From positions 68,722,734 to 68,778,568 of the forward strand of contig NC_068984.1 in assembly GCF_001194135.2 (NCBI RefSeq): 55,835 nucleotides of DNA, written 5' to 3'. Positions 38,510-51,152 of the stretch are shown here, in pieces. This DNA comes from Octopus bimaculoides (Eukaryota). Each line of letters begins with the position of its first letter. The stretch's first letter is position 1. Under the pieces are notes generated by a model, which saw nothing but the letters and a program-made list of their open reading frames with translations, had not been told where the DNA came from and ran no database searches. Both the position numbers and the translations under genes were made by a program.

Positions 38510-40011
38510 CCCGAAATACAAGAGTAGAAAAACATCCCAAAACTAATGAAGGTTCGTTCTTTCTGTTGTTTGTCTTGTTTTCCATTTGTGTCTTTCGTTG
38601 TTCAAAAACATAGTACGTATTCCATGTATTTGTACTTCTTATTTTTTGTTGTACACGTATCGTGACGTCATGTGCCCACATATGCATATACATATACGTA
38701 TAGATGTATGTACATATACGAATGTATATATGCATATATATATATAAACATATATACACACACACATACATACACACGTGTACTCACACGAATATATTAT
38801 AGGCATGCATGTATTTTTTCATATTAATATTTTTTCGAAGTACGTTTGATTAAATTGAATGATTATATTCTGTCTGTTTCTCCTTATTTCCGCTGCTCAC
38901 TTTATATTCTTTTTTTTTTTTTTTCGCAGAACAGATTAAGCTGAACACATATTTTCATTGAGATGATAAATTAATTTCTTATCCAATATAATCAGTTAGA
39001 AGCCAAGAAACCCAAACTTATTAAAGAAAAAAACCCGGACCCATACAATTCAAAAGCTGAGACGACACTGGCAATTAGAAGAAGTTAGTCGCTTTATAAT
39101 AATATGGATTGTGGTCTACCAATCTTCCACTCGCACAAAATATTTAATTGCGGAGTTACGGATAATGTAGGACTATGATTGAAATTGAGATGAAAATGAA
39201 CGAAGTTAATTATTCATATACCCCGTGTTTGCCTGAGAGCATCGTAAAAGCTGATTAGTGTAAAAGCGTGTATATGTACTATTAGAGATTAATATGTACT
39301 AATAGAGATTTCACAAGCTCCTGACAGGTTCGGAGGAGTCAAGATGGTGAGGTAGAAAACAAATATGCCAAAAGTACTGACGTGAATACGACTGATCCCA
39401 ACACCACCACTGTAGAAATGAATGGCAGTGAGGAAACTGGAAAAAGTGAAGTTAAGGCTGTTTTTTTTTTTTTTTCTTTAATAAAAAGCAACTATTTCGA
39501 AGAGGTTAAAACAAGCACACCATGAAACACTGGTCTAAATCCAAGATTAAAATTATAATTTCTCGTAACATAGCAAATGACACAGATACCGTAAATGTTT
39601 ACGGCCGAACACAAACTACCGTAAGTTTTACATAAAAGGCACGAGCTAGCTTTGTGTGAAGGGTTAAACACCTTTTTCCTAGAAAAATCGACTATACATA
39701 CGTGTATATATTTATATTAATACACATGTATGAATGTGTGTATACATGCATGTGACGTCCCATTGGAAACAGTCACCATTTTCTATTCTAAGGGGTTTTT
39801 TACAGGTCAATATTTAGACGCTTTTAGAGTTTTATCTGCTCCGAGTTTTACGGATCTCCAACAAAATTATATATAATTGTGTATAAGTGTGTAGGCATGT
39901 ATGCACGTATACCTAAATATATGTGTAAATATATGAGTATAAAAATAAATCCATCTGTCTCTCTGCCTATCTATTTATCTGTCTATGTATGTATGTCTAT
40001 GTATATGTGCT

Positions 40012-40064
<53 letters not shown>

Positions 40065-40085
40065 ATGTAAATATATATGTATGTA

Positions 40086-40122
<37 letters not shown>

Positions 40123-40553
40123 AGGTATGGTTGTGTGATAAAACTTTGCTTCCCAGTCACTTGTTTCTCGGCTGAAAGAAGCCTGTCGTATATATATATA
40201 TATATATGNNNNNNNNNNNNNNNNNNNNNNNNNNNNNNNNNNNNNNNNNNNNNNNNNNNNNNNNNNNNNNNNNNNNNNNNNNNNNNNNNNNNNNNNNNNN
40301 NNNNNNNNNNNNNNNNNNNNNNNNNNNNNNNNNNNNNNNNNNNNNNNNNNNNNNNNNNNCTCTAAAACCACAATAAATTATTTATTGTGGTTTTAGAGTC
40401 AGGATTTGACTGCTATTTTTTCAGCGTGGTGGTATCTCTTGATACCCTGTATTATAATTTTAAATAATTATTACCTTTGATGGTTTTTATTCCCATGCTG
40501 ACCACTTGATAAGATCAATATTTTAAATATCGATCTTATCCTTATTTATATAA

Positions 40554-40588
<35 letters not shown>

Positions 40589-40592
40589 TGTA

Positions 40593-40625
<33 letters not shown>

Positions 40626-40629
<4 letters not shown>

Positions 40630-40803
40630 TTGCCCCCATGACCGCTTGACAACCGGTGTTGCTGTACCTACATTCCCGTAATTCAGTGGTTAGGCAAAAG
40701 AGACTTAAAAATTAAGTCCTGGGGTGATTTGTTCGGCTAAAACCCCGCAAGGCGGTGCTCCACCATGGCTACAGTCAAATTATTGAAACAAGTAGAAGAA
40801 TAA
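40626..40803 (+). mobile_element. SINE family A tail module after (TATG)n/(TG)n
   Basis: CCGCTTGACAACCGGTGTT...AAGGCGGTGCTCCACCATGGCTACAGTCAAA. Confidence 0.82.
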
Positions 40804-41580
40804 AATACACACACGCACACATGTGCACGCGTACACACATATGTATACATAAAAAACACAACAATAAAGGGAGAAAAGGATTCGGGTTTGAGCTTGGTAT
40901 TTTTTGTTACAGTTGTTACCTATGTTTCAGTATTCAGTAATAAATGGTGTCACACTAGAGTTGTAATCTATCCGTGCATCATGTGAGTGCACCGTTCATA
41001 ATCAAGACCGGTCACTTCCTCAGACAGGTCAGAAACACATGCAGATATGTGTGTGTGTTTGCGCGCACGTGTGTCTGTGTATGTGTCTGTCTGTCGTCTG
41101 TCGGTGTGTGTTTGTGTGCAATCACGGAAAGAAGGAGAGAGAGAAAGGGAGAGAGAGAGAGAGAGAGAGAGAAAGGGAGAGAGAGAGAAAGAAAGAAAGA
41201 AAGGGAGATGACAGAAGAGATGCAGCGTCCTCAAACTACGTGTATTAAGATTCTCTGTCTTTCTCCCTCTTTCTCTCTCATACACATACATATATAGCTG
41301 CATATAAGTATATTAAAGAGTGTTTCTATAGCAATCAAATATGAATTACAATATTGTACCATGCACTATTGCAATCTTCTTTACATTAGAATTCTTTTCA
41401 ATGGCACATAGATTCTCTTCTTTTGAAGACAGAAATGTCGAAGTTATTAGATTCTGTCTCTTTTTTAATGTAGGTAATTGTTATTTTATCACCCCCAACA
41501 GGATTATATATAAAGCTGGCTCTGCTAAGATTTTGATAAAAAATATATATGGCTATAAATTAGGCACTATGCAACAACAT

Positions 41581-41748
41581 CAATAATAAAAATAATAATG
41601 ATATAATAATAATAATAATAACAATAATAATAATAATAAGAAGAAGAAGAAGAAAAAAAAGAAGAAGAAAAAGAAGAAGATGATGAAGAAGAAGGATAAT
41701 AATGATAATAACAACGGAGATGACGGTGATGATGATGATGATGATGAT
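41581..41748. repeat. Compound trinucleotide microsatellite (AAT)n-(GAA)n-(GAT)n
   Basis: Direct reading. Confidence 0.93.
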
Positions 41749-42499
41749 TTCATTTATTTGCCATCAGAACCATGACTGAGGAAGACAATACAAAGACAGG
41801 CATAAAGTGTGGGGATTTATACAGAATGGAATGAGTATACATCGTATCCAATATTAACAAAGAAGAGAGGTATATATGGTATACATCAGTAAGAAAATAA
41901 TAGTGATTTCTTTTATTGGCCATAAGGGCCCTAGACATTAAGGATAACATCAAAGAACGTAATACAATAAGAACTATTTTTATTGGTCCATTGAGAGCAA
42001 TTGTTTACAATTCACTGATACAATACATACGATAGTGAACCTAGAGAACATATAAAAACGTGTGGCACAGGACAAACAGGTTTATCCTACTATAGCGAAG
42101 TAGTGAAAGATTTAGGATAATAAACGTGAGGGAAAATTTTAAATTCGTGGAAAAGCATATTAATAGTTATACAAAATAGTTAAAAGAGAATAAATAAAAC
42201 AACAGTGTACGGTAAGATCCATGAAGGTTGAATCCGAGAAGTATGAAATTCCAGTGGTAATCGAAGTGGTTTTTGAAATGTGGTAATAGTCCAAGAAATA
42301 GTTCGGTAAGGAGATGGGAGCCCGAGAAAGGAGGAGATTCAGTCAGGCAGGATCAAAAGTGGTGTGAATAAATAAAACACATGATAAGTGAAACACAATA
42401 CAATTTATAATTGTTTCTAGTATTAAATAACCATTCAGTTCATAAATGAAACCCAATTACGAACTTATAGTTGGGAAATCTTCAGTTATTTTGCTGAGG

Positions 42500-43390
42500 G
42501 CAATCCAACAGCTCTAATTACGGAAACTCTCCATATCCTTCATGCGTTTTCCTACGCTTGGTAAGTCAAGAATCTTCGGTGATGAATTCATGTGTGAAGT
42601 GGGGCAAGTAAGATTCCCTGTCTGGCAGTTGCTTAACTTGGAACTTGAAGCACACATACTCGGAATATTTTGTATTACCAGTAACTTTGCTGGTAAGTTC
42701 ATGGGTATTTTATATACTATAGGCTGTGAATTTCGTTTGTTTTAGGTCTTCTTCGTGCTTCATGAAACTCATTTCAGAGAAGATGGACTCAACTTCCTTG
42801 AAACCAGGGTTCTTCTTGACAATAGATGGACATTTCTCGATTGCTTTCTGAAAAGCTTCTGAGCGTGTTTTGCCTTTTACTATTTTATGATTACCAGCAA
42901 TGCTTTGTCAATCCCCCTCGGTCTCCAGCTAGTCTGCACCCCTACAAGTGGATGGTGTGATAGTTTTGTGAAGGGAGCTTCGTTATAAAATCCGTTTCCT
43001 CGTGAAAACGCTTTTGTTACTGATGCCGTTTACCATCTTTTCTGACATCTCTTTCTCCCTGTCACTACTGGTTATCGCTAGTAGAATCGTTCCCTTGTTT
43101 CTCATTAACTCCTGGAAATGAGGTCGTGGTAATATTTTCCGACGTTTCAAAAGCTGCGCTTAGTGCTGCCTTGAGAGTAGTATCTTTCGTTGTTTACTAC
43201 TGTTGTTGCTGCTTTCTTTTAGCTCTATTAAGCAGAAGCTTTTACATGACATTTACTAAGAAAGTGAGTTCTATCCAAGAGTCGACACTGTCACCGATTC
43301 CTTCGCAGTGACCCTCGTGTTCCTTGTTCCAAAATATCGTAGATCCGGTCTATAGCAGCTGCTAGGCAAAATCTAAGTTTGAGGCCATCG
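42500..43390 (-). pseudogene. Decayed long reading frame of unknown family, possibly retroelement ORF1/gag-like
   Basis: One minus frame runs about 110 codons with two internal stops (IAGNHKIVKGKTRSEAFQKAIEKCPS...YSEYVCFKFQVKQLPDRESYLPHF). Further protein-like pieces lie upstream to MASN at about 43388. No diagnostic motif recognised. Confidence 0.3.
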
Positions 43391-44523
43391 TCTCGTCTTT
43401 GGTTTTAAAAACACTGTATTTGATACCATTTACTCTTTTTCTCTTACTGAAGAGAGTTTTACTTTTGTATCTGCAAGGTCTATCTTCAATTGCTTCTTTA
43501 AAGAGCTGAAGAAAAGCTATTGTAGCTTTGGCAAGGTACAGCTAAGTTACTTTTCATTCTGCTCGTTACTGGGAGTTAGCTTATAACAATGAGGCGTTTT
43601 ATCTTATAATAAAATGATGTGTGATTTTGTTTTCTCAGTGAAACATTTCAAAGATCCTTTCATTTAAAAGTGCACATGGAAGTGATAGTATAAGGCCTGC
43701 ATTTGAATCAGTTTTGTTTGACGATGTATGCGTAGTGTATCTGTATGTATAAATGTGTATGTTTGAGTGTGGGTGTTACTGTTGTGGAACGTGTTATTTA
43801 GAATTTTCTATTATTCGATGAAAAGTTATTTTCCCCCATTTCCTGTAATTAGAAAGTTTACGTGCTGGAAATAATCTGTTTCATTTTTTGTTTAATTTTC
43901 GGTGTTGGAGTTCTCTTGGTTTGTTCAATGTTAGTGAAGGAGCTGTAACATGTGGGTCACTAATGTATGTTGGAAGGAATGTCTCTTATATGTAACGTGT
44001 TTGGTTTGTAACATGGTGTGTGTAGTTAGCATTTTTTAAGACAGTTCATAGAAAGAATTCATGTTCAGTGATGTGTGAATAAAGAATATGCAGAAGGAAA
44101 GTTTATGTAACAAAAACATTGAAATTTATTCAGTGATGTAATGAGTGCTAGCAAGTGGTAACAAGGATTAATCTTGCATATGAATGGGAAAACAAATATA
44201 CGCGTGAGTCAAGAAAAATCGCATGACTTACTATATACACTGAGGGTTATATAAAGAAGAGTGGAAGCTGACATTAATCAAATGAGTTGCGTGTAGCTGG
44301 TGGTGGACACAGAAAATGCGACATGTCGAAGAAGGCGATGTTGCTTCTCTGCCGTCAAATCCGCAACTAGTGTGAAACTGCCGCTTCACTGCTATAGTGA
44401 GTATTTTTAGCTAAGGCAGATCACTGCAGTCTTGCTCATATGCCTCCAGCCCTGATTGACTGCAATCTTCCACAGCGCAATTGAACTATGCCACAGCATC
44501 AAAATAGATCTTTCCTGTCTCGC

Positions 44524-44582
<59 letters not shown>

Positions 44583-45114
44583 GATGCCCTGATGCAGTAC
44601 CAGGTAGTGACTCTCATGGCTTCTCATCTTAACTGATTGGAAGTGTTATCTTAGTATAAAGATGGGCTACAACAAATATTCTGCTCAATACCACATATAT
44701 GCTTGTCAGTTGTTTGACCATAACCAGTTGAGTATGCTCTCTAGTGGCTGACAATATGTGCATCTCTGATCACGATCAGAAGTCATGGGGGAGCATCATA
44801 GCCATATGTTGAGAGGAATTCTTTGGAGGTTTGGATATTTCACCTCTGGAAGCATAGGTGTTTCGTTCATCATCCTTGTACAAACCTTACTCAGGGACCT
44901 TTTGAGCAGGATAGACTACTCGGCCTGAAGAAAATTCTAAATGGGCTCCACCTGCAAGGTCATGCACTGTTAATCTTGATACGAGATCACTATGTTGCGC
45001 ACATATGGTTATGATGCATGTGTCTGGTGTACCCTTATCATACAGGTAGTCATGATGGGTATACTGGGCTTCGTATACTTTACCTCAGTGTCACTTTGAT
45101 GGCATGCACTGCTC
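44583..45114. mobile_element. About 530-bp unclassified interspersed element bounded by (AAT)n on both sides
   Basis: Higher-complexity block between (TAA)n 44524-44581 and (AAT)n 45115-45187. It resembles a repeat I recall as common in octopus DNA (unverified). Confidence 0.5.
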
Positions 45115-45127
45115 AATAATAATAATG

Positions 45128-45191
<64 letters not shown>

Positions 45192-45514
45192 TGATGATGA
45201 TGATATAGGCACGAGGTCTAAAATATTGGGGATGGTATAGCAGTTTGACTCTCATTACTTATCTGGTACTTACTATTTTGATCCAGGAATGAGGAAAAGG
45301 AATATAGTAGCCAAGTTTCTCTGAAATCAAACCCGACTGTTTTTAAAAAGAATCATGATGAATAATAGACTCTGTAACAAACTGCGTCTGAGAAGACTGG
45401 ATAATTACAGCAAGTTTACCTATGATCATGGATCGCTTCAACTGAGACGGGCCTGGAGCTACATGGCGATAATATCGACAACTGTAACAATAACAATTAT
45501 CCTTTCTCTTGTAC

Positions 45515-46760
45515 CAACAAAGCATGAAATTTTGGATGAGGGGTCTAGTCGATTATTTTGATCTCAGTACTCAAATGATACTTAATTGATCGACTCCAAA
45601 ATGATGAAAAGTTAAGTTGACCTCGGTGGCATTTCAATTCAGGATGTAAAGGCGGACGAAATGCCACTAAGCATTTTGTCTGGCGTTGCTAATAATTCTG
45701 CCAGCTCACCACCTTCAACAATAACAATAATAATTGTTCCTGATATAGGCACAAGACTGGACATTTTTGATGGTGGAGGTGGGGGTGGGGGTCATAAGTT
45801 TATTAAACTGACTCTGGAGCAATGAAGGTAAGGTTGAACTCAATAGGGTTTGAACTCAGAAAGGTAGAGTGCTGGAAGAAATACTGCAAAGCATTTTTTC
45901 TGACAATAACTACTATGTCAGTTCACTATTCTTCTTAATAATATGGTAGAAGAAAGATAGTGAGCTGGCAGATTCGTTAGTTGCCAGCCAACATGCTTAG
46001 CGGCATTTCATCTGTCTTTACATCATGAATTCAAATTCCGCCGAGTTTGACTATGCCTTTCATCCTTTCAGGGGCGATAAAATAAGTACAAGTTGAGCAC
46101 TGGGGTTGATATAATCGACTTAAACCCCTATCGCGAGCTTGCTGGTCTTGTGGCAAAATTTGAAACCAATAATATAGCAGAACATAAATTTAGAGGAGGG
46201 GCTAAGTCAATGAAATAGGTTCTATCATTTGACTGCTACTTATTTTATCAACCTTGGAAACAAAAAGAGCAGGGTTGACCATGGAATAATTTCAAATCAG
46301 AACATAAAGATTTGGAACATATACCACAAGAGGTTTTGTTTGATGCTGCCAAACTATCATCAATAATACTAATATTTATACTAACACTACTAATAATGGT
46401 TTCAAATGTTGACACAAGGTCAGCAATTTCAGGTGAGGAAGCAAGTCGATTAGATGGACCTCAATGTTGAACTAGTTCTTATTTCATCGATCGCAAAACG
46501 ATGATGATAAAAGGCAAAGTTGACCTCAGTGGAAATTGAACTCAGAACGTGAGACAGATGGAATGGCGCTAAGCACTTTGCCCAGTATGTTAACTATTCT
46601 GGCAGCTGACCACCATACTAACACAACTATGAATAAATATCATTTTAAACCTAGGAGCAAAGTTAAAACTTTCGGGTTAGGATACTTGATCAAATTGACT
46701 CCATTACTAGACAAGTATTCCTTTTATTGGTCCAGAATGATGTCTCTGTGAGATTTGAAC
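45515..46760. mobile_element. Cluster of about six SINE family B copies in mixed orientation
   Basis: About 45515-45716 (-), 45735-45935 (-), 45957-46168 (+), 46180-46360 (-, diverged), 46394-46615 (-), 46640-46760 (-, partial). Confidence 0.8.
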
Positions 46761-47576
46761 TAATAATTTAATCCTGCCAAAAATTTAATGCTTCACTATA
46801 CCAATCTTGTCAATCCAACAACCTGAAACTAATAATTATAGTAAAATTTTATCACAGCTATGATATAATTCTACCTTTTAACGTTTAAATATGTGATGCA
46901 TGTTTATATAACATTATAATAATGTAATATTGCTTTTATATTAAAACGTATTTAAGTAAACATGTTTTATACAACATTGTGTTAGTGTGAAATTGGATGT
47001 ATTTATCAAACATTTTATGTAAAGCTGTGCCAATGCTCATATAACGTATTCATGAAATATTCGTGATGTCAATGTGTGTGAGTGAATGTGTGTATGTATG
47101 TGAGTGTGTGTGAATTGCCAAATATGCATAACTTTTTTCATTTAATCGCAACAAAATAGTTTCCATTTTAGCAAAAATTAAATTAAGTCTAGTTATTTCC
47201 TAAGGACAGACACGTCAATACCTATACATGTTGATCTCCAGAAAGTAACGTATCTATACATCCACTTAATATAATTCCATTAAAACAAGATTATGGACTC
47301 ACATGCACAGTAATTTCGATCATTATTCCACAAGCTTTTGTGTATGTTTATTTCTTTATCCCCATATTTGTCTTCATACTCATAATGCTTAAAAGCCAAT
47401 ACATTTTATGTTGTGTAACTTATCAGTTTGGCAAATGTAGTTGATAAAATATATGCACGCCTTTAAAATAAGAATTTGGATGGATTTCTACAACCAGACA
47501 CTTCAGAAGTCAGAGTATATAATTGTGTCCCTTCATGTCTCATTACCTACAATAATTACCTGTTGTGCGAGGGAAC

Positions 47577-47817
47577 TGTAATGCAGGGAGATAAGAAACG
47601 GTCCACTTACCTTCTCGTTGTCTGCCGTCCAAAACTCGCGTACTGCCCGTCGTACCTGACGTTAGCAGCTGTTAATACCAATCCCTCTCTGCTCACTCCC
47701 CTCACGTCTGTTCGTCGCGAGCGACCAAAGCAAAAGAGGGCATCCCTGGTCTTCCTTCTCTCACCTCCTCTCTCACCCTTCCTGTTCCGGTGAAGCCGAT
47801 TGACCGTTGACGTCACA
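47577..47817 (-). mobile_element. Candidate 3' LTR (241 bp) of a Ty3/gypsy-like element
   Basis: On minus it starts TGTGACG (47817) and ends CATTACA (47577). It is preceded by the polypurine tract GGAAGGAAAGGG (47830-47819) and lies downstream of an integrase fragment. Confidence 0.65.
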
Positions 47818-47862
47818 ACCCTTTCCTTCCGGCTCGTCTCATCTCGACACGCCCCACTGATC

Positions 47863-48126
47863 TCACTTTACTCTATGATGATATCTTTCCACAATTCCAT
47901 TTCCACTCGACCTGTACGCTGTTCTAAAGAAGCGGTGAACAAACCACCTATCAAGCATCTCTTTCAGTATCTCCGAACGAAATGCAGTGCCGTTGTCCAT
48001 CAGCAATTCATCCACGGGGCTCTGCTCTAGGAATGTCTCGTTTAGAATAGTTGCAATCTCATCTGCAATACCTGTCTTCAATTCCCTCCAAATGGCCATC
48101 CGGAACCGGCCCACAGTCGACCATCT
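47863..48126 (-). pseudogene. Ty3/gypsy-type integrase core (rve) fragment
   Basis: VDCG(frameshift)GRF..AIWRELK...LLMDNGTAFRSE...AYRSSGNGIVERYH; exactly 35 residues between D (MDNG) and E (VER). Confidence 0.9.
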
Positions 48127-48857
48127 GCCGGTGTGTGTGTGTGTGTGTAAGAAAACATATTTACTGACAAAAAAGTATGCTACTAAAATAAATTATGGTT
48201 ACTTCTTCGGAATTCCTCCCACCCCACCTCCATCCTATAACTTTTGAACCAGTAATTTCTTTTTTCATTTTTTTCAAGTTCATATTTTCGATATCGGAAA
48301 TTACGATTTAGCAAAATAGAAAAAAATATTTTTCTAAAATTTAATCACACCACCCAGCCCAATTTATTTGCTTTGTTTACAGTTGACAAGACGTGCTGTC
48401 ACGCACAAAATGACAGCTTCCAAATCCTGTTTCCCGATTGGGAGAAAATTATCAAACTTTAAGCCTCTATAAATTTTTTTTTTTTAAATTCTTGAAAAAC
48501 TAAAACAACTCCAGNNNNNNNNNNNNNNNNNNNNNNNNNNNNNNNNNNNNNNNNNNNNNNNNNNNNNNNNNNNNNNNNNNNNNNNNNNNNNNNNNNNNNN
48601 NNNNNNNNNNNNNNNNNNNNNNNNNNNNNNNNNNNNNNNNNNNNNNNNNNNNNNNNNNNNNNNNNNNNNNNNNNNNNNNNNNNNNNNNNNNNNNNNNNNN
48701 NNNNNNNNNNNNNNNNNNNNNNNNNNNNNNNNNNNNNNNNNAGTTGTATAAATAGGGATAAAAAAACATACTGAAGCATCCAATTAATCTTTATTACAGT
48801 AAATGAACCTATTTCAGCTAAAACATATATAATTGAATATGTAATAAAAGAAAAAAA

Positions 48858-49093
48858 GGCGATCTTTCGATACCAGTACGAAATATCGGCCTTTTCGGTA
48901 AAAAGTGTCTTTTCCGTAACACGTACACGATTTTCACTCGGGTGTTAGGGTTAGGGTTTTAGTGTCAGGGTTAAAGTTAGTGTTTAGGGTTACGGTTACG
49001 GTTAGGGACGGAATTCCCAAACCCTAACCCTCTTTCCCTCCAACACTTTTTACGGAAAAGGCCGATATTTCGTACTGGTATCGAAAGATCACC
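48858..49093. mobile_element. 236-bp Merlin-type MITE with telomere-like core
   Basis: 51-bp TIRs (48858-48908 and 49043-49093), 49/51 match, starting GG. Perfect 8-bp TSD GAAAAAAA (48850-57 and 49094-101). Core TTAGGG-like repeats at 48940-49007 and inverted CCCTAA at 49019-49031. Confidence 0.9.
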
Positions 49094-51043
49094 GAAAAAA
49101 ATATTTCAACTGTCCTCAAACGAGGACAGTGGGTTAATATGACTTAAGCATTCACACAGGGTAAACTTCACGAATTTGACTTATAATATTGTTGAAAACA
49201 TTACACTTAGCATATTTTTCTTTCCACATAAACTCGACCAAATAAGTGTTAAGGAAGGAATGTGAACTTTCACTCTCCTTCTTCCTCCGCTTTGCTCTCA
49301 TCCACAGATTTTCAGCTGTATTAGTGTGGACTCGTCATAGGATCAACGAAATTCATTTGATGATTCGCTGTCAGATATTAGAATCCTCTGTTACCGATGG
49401 TGCTGTATGCTCGCCACAGATCTGACACCACAGTGGTCCCTAGTCTCACGTACTTTTCCAACACAGGTGAAAGAGTGTTGGTATCCTTTTTTGACACTGC
49501 CTCAAGGAAACACTCTGTAGCATGTCTATACTAGCTTCGGTTTAAAACACGCATTTTTAATCTCTCAGGTAGTCTCAGACGACACTTTAAGTTTACAGCT
49601 CTTCTCGCTCTGTGATTGGCTGAATAAACAGGATCCCTCCAACAGGCGTTCTCTACTACGTCCGATTATCAATATCATGTAGTCGCCACCATATTTGATT
49701 GAGTTCTTTGCCTCGCTTCTTTAAAAGACTCCCAGCATGCAGTTTTGCTCTATCACGTTAACGATGGCCTCTCTCTCACACAAGAACATTCTTCTTCCAC
49801 GTGCGCTAGCAGTATAGACAAAACTCAATGACGTCATTTCTCTATGCTTACTAGAAACACTTCTATCAAGTCTATTTCTATATACACAAAGCACAACTAA
49901 TGTCTTCACACATTCATTCATTCACCACTACCACATTATGAAGTTAAATTGTGCTTATATACCTTTTCAAAATCAACTTTGAACCTCCTTCCCACTGTGA
50001 GTGGGACAGTGATTGCATTGTCTTCTACCACAGGGAATGTTTTGATTTCATGGACCCCTTACATAGTCGCATGGGCTCCTGTATATGGACTCTAATGTCT
50101 TAAAGGGCCCACTTACCATCGATCAAGCTGACAACGTGGCCAGTCCTCCACTGCTTATATATGTAATACATATATATGTTCCAATACACTAGCAAGAATA
50201 AAAAAGTATACCATCTCCTCCTTCTTCTGATCATCATCATTTCATTATCCACTTACATTGAGGAATGCCTTCCACCTAAGGACCTACTTAAATCTAAAAT
50301 CAAGGTATTTCCCTTTTGTCCAAATGGTCTCATTCTTATAATAAGATTCAGTCCTTCACCCATTAATGCTTCCCTCACCACAAATTAGAAGATAGTCTTC
50401 TCTACACAGCACCTATACACAACCTTATATAGGTGCAATGACAAATACATTTAAAATAGCCTCCTCTACGTCCCTCCTGCATTTATATCCCTCTTTCTCT
50501 CAGTCCCTCTCAATCTCTCCACCTCATCCTTATCCACTTTCCCTCTCACTGTCAGATATAGAAAACTTGGGTGGACAATTGCACCTTGGATACTGATATG
50601 CAGGACCCCTGTTAAAAAGAACATAACTCTGATGGCATTATGAGCAAGCCTGGTTTTTGCTTTAACTCTGATTGCTTTGTACTTTTTCATTCATGTTTTA
50701 TTCTGTTTTCCCCCACAGTAACTCACAGACTTATAAAACAGGTGTGTGACTCAGGCTGCTAGTGACTTTAGTCACAGCCATATTTTTACATCTAAGACCT
50801 TGGAAGTTTCTTCAGCATGAAACCACTCAGTAACTTAAATTGGCTATTATGAGAGCAAATCTGCAATATTGTATAAATAGCACACACACACGCACACACA
50901 CACACACGCACACACACACACTCATACGCAAACATATGCAACCACACATGCACACACGTATACATGGGCACATACGTATATGTGATCTGTTTGCATCTGT
51001 TTGTCAGGCATACTTTGTTCTATAACAGGAGATATAAATATAC

Positions 51044-51152
<109 letters not shown>

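Noticed and set aside
9113-46760. CRISPR-like or array interpretation of the recurring SINE motifs
   Set aside because: Copies are dispersed, in both orientations, diverged and irregularly spaced; no cas genes; eukaryotic context.
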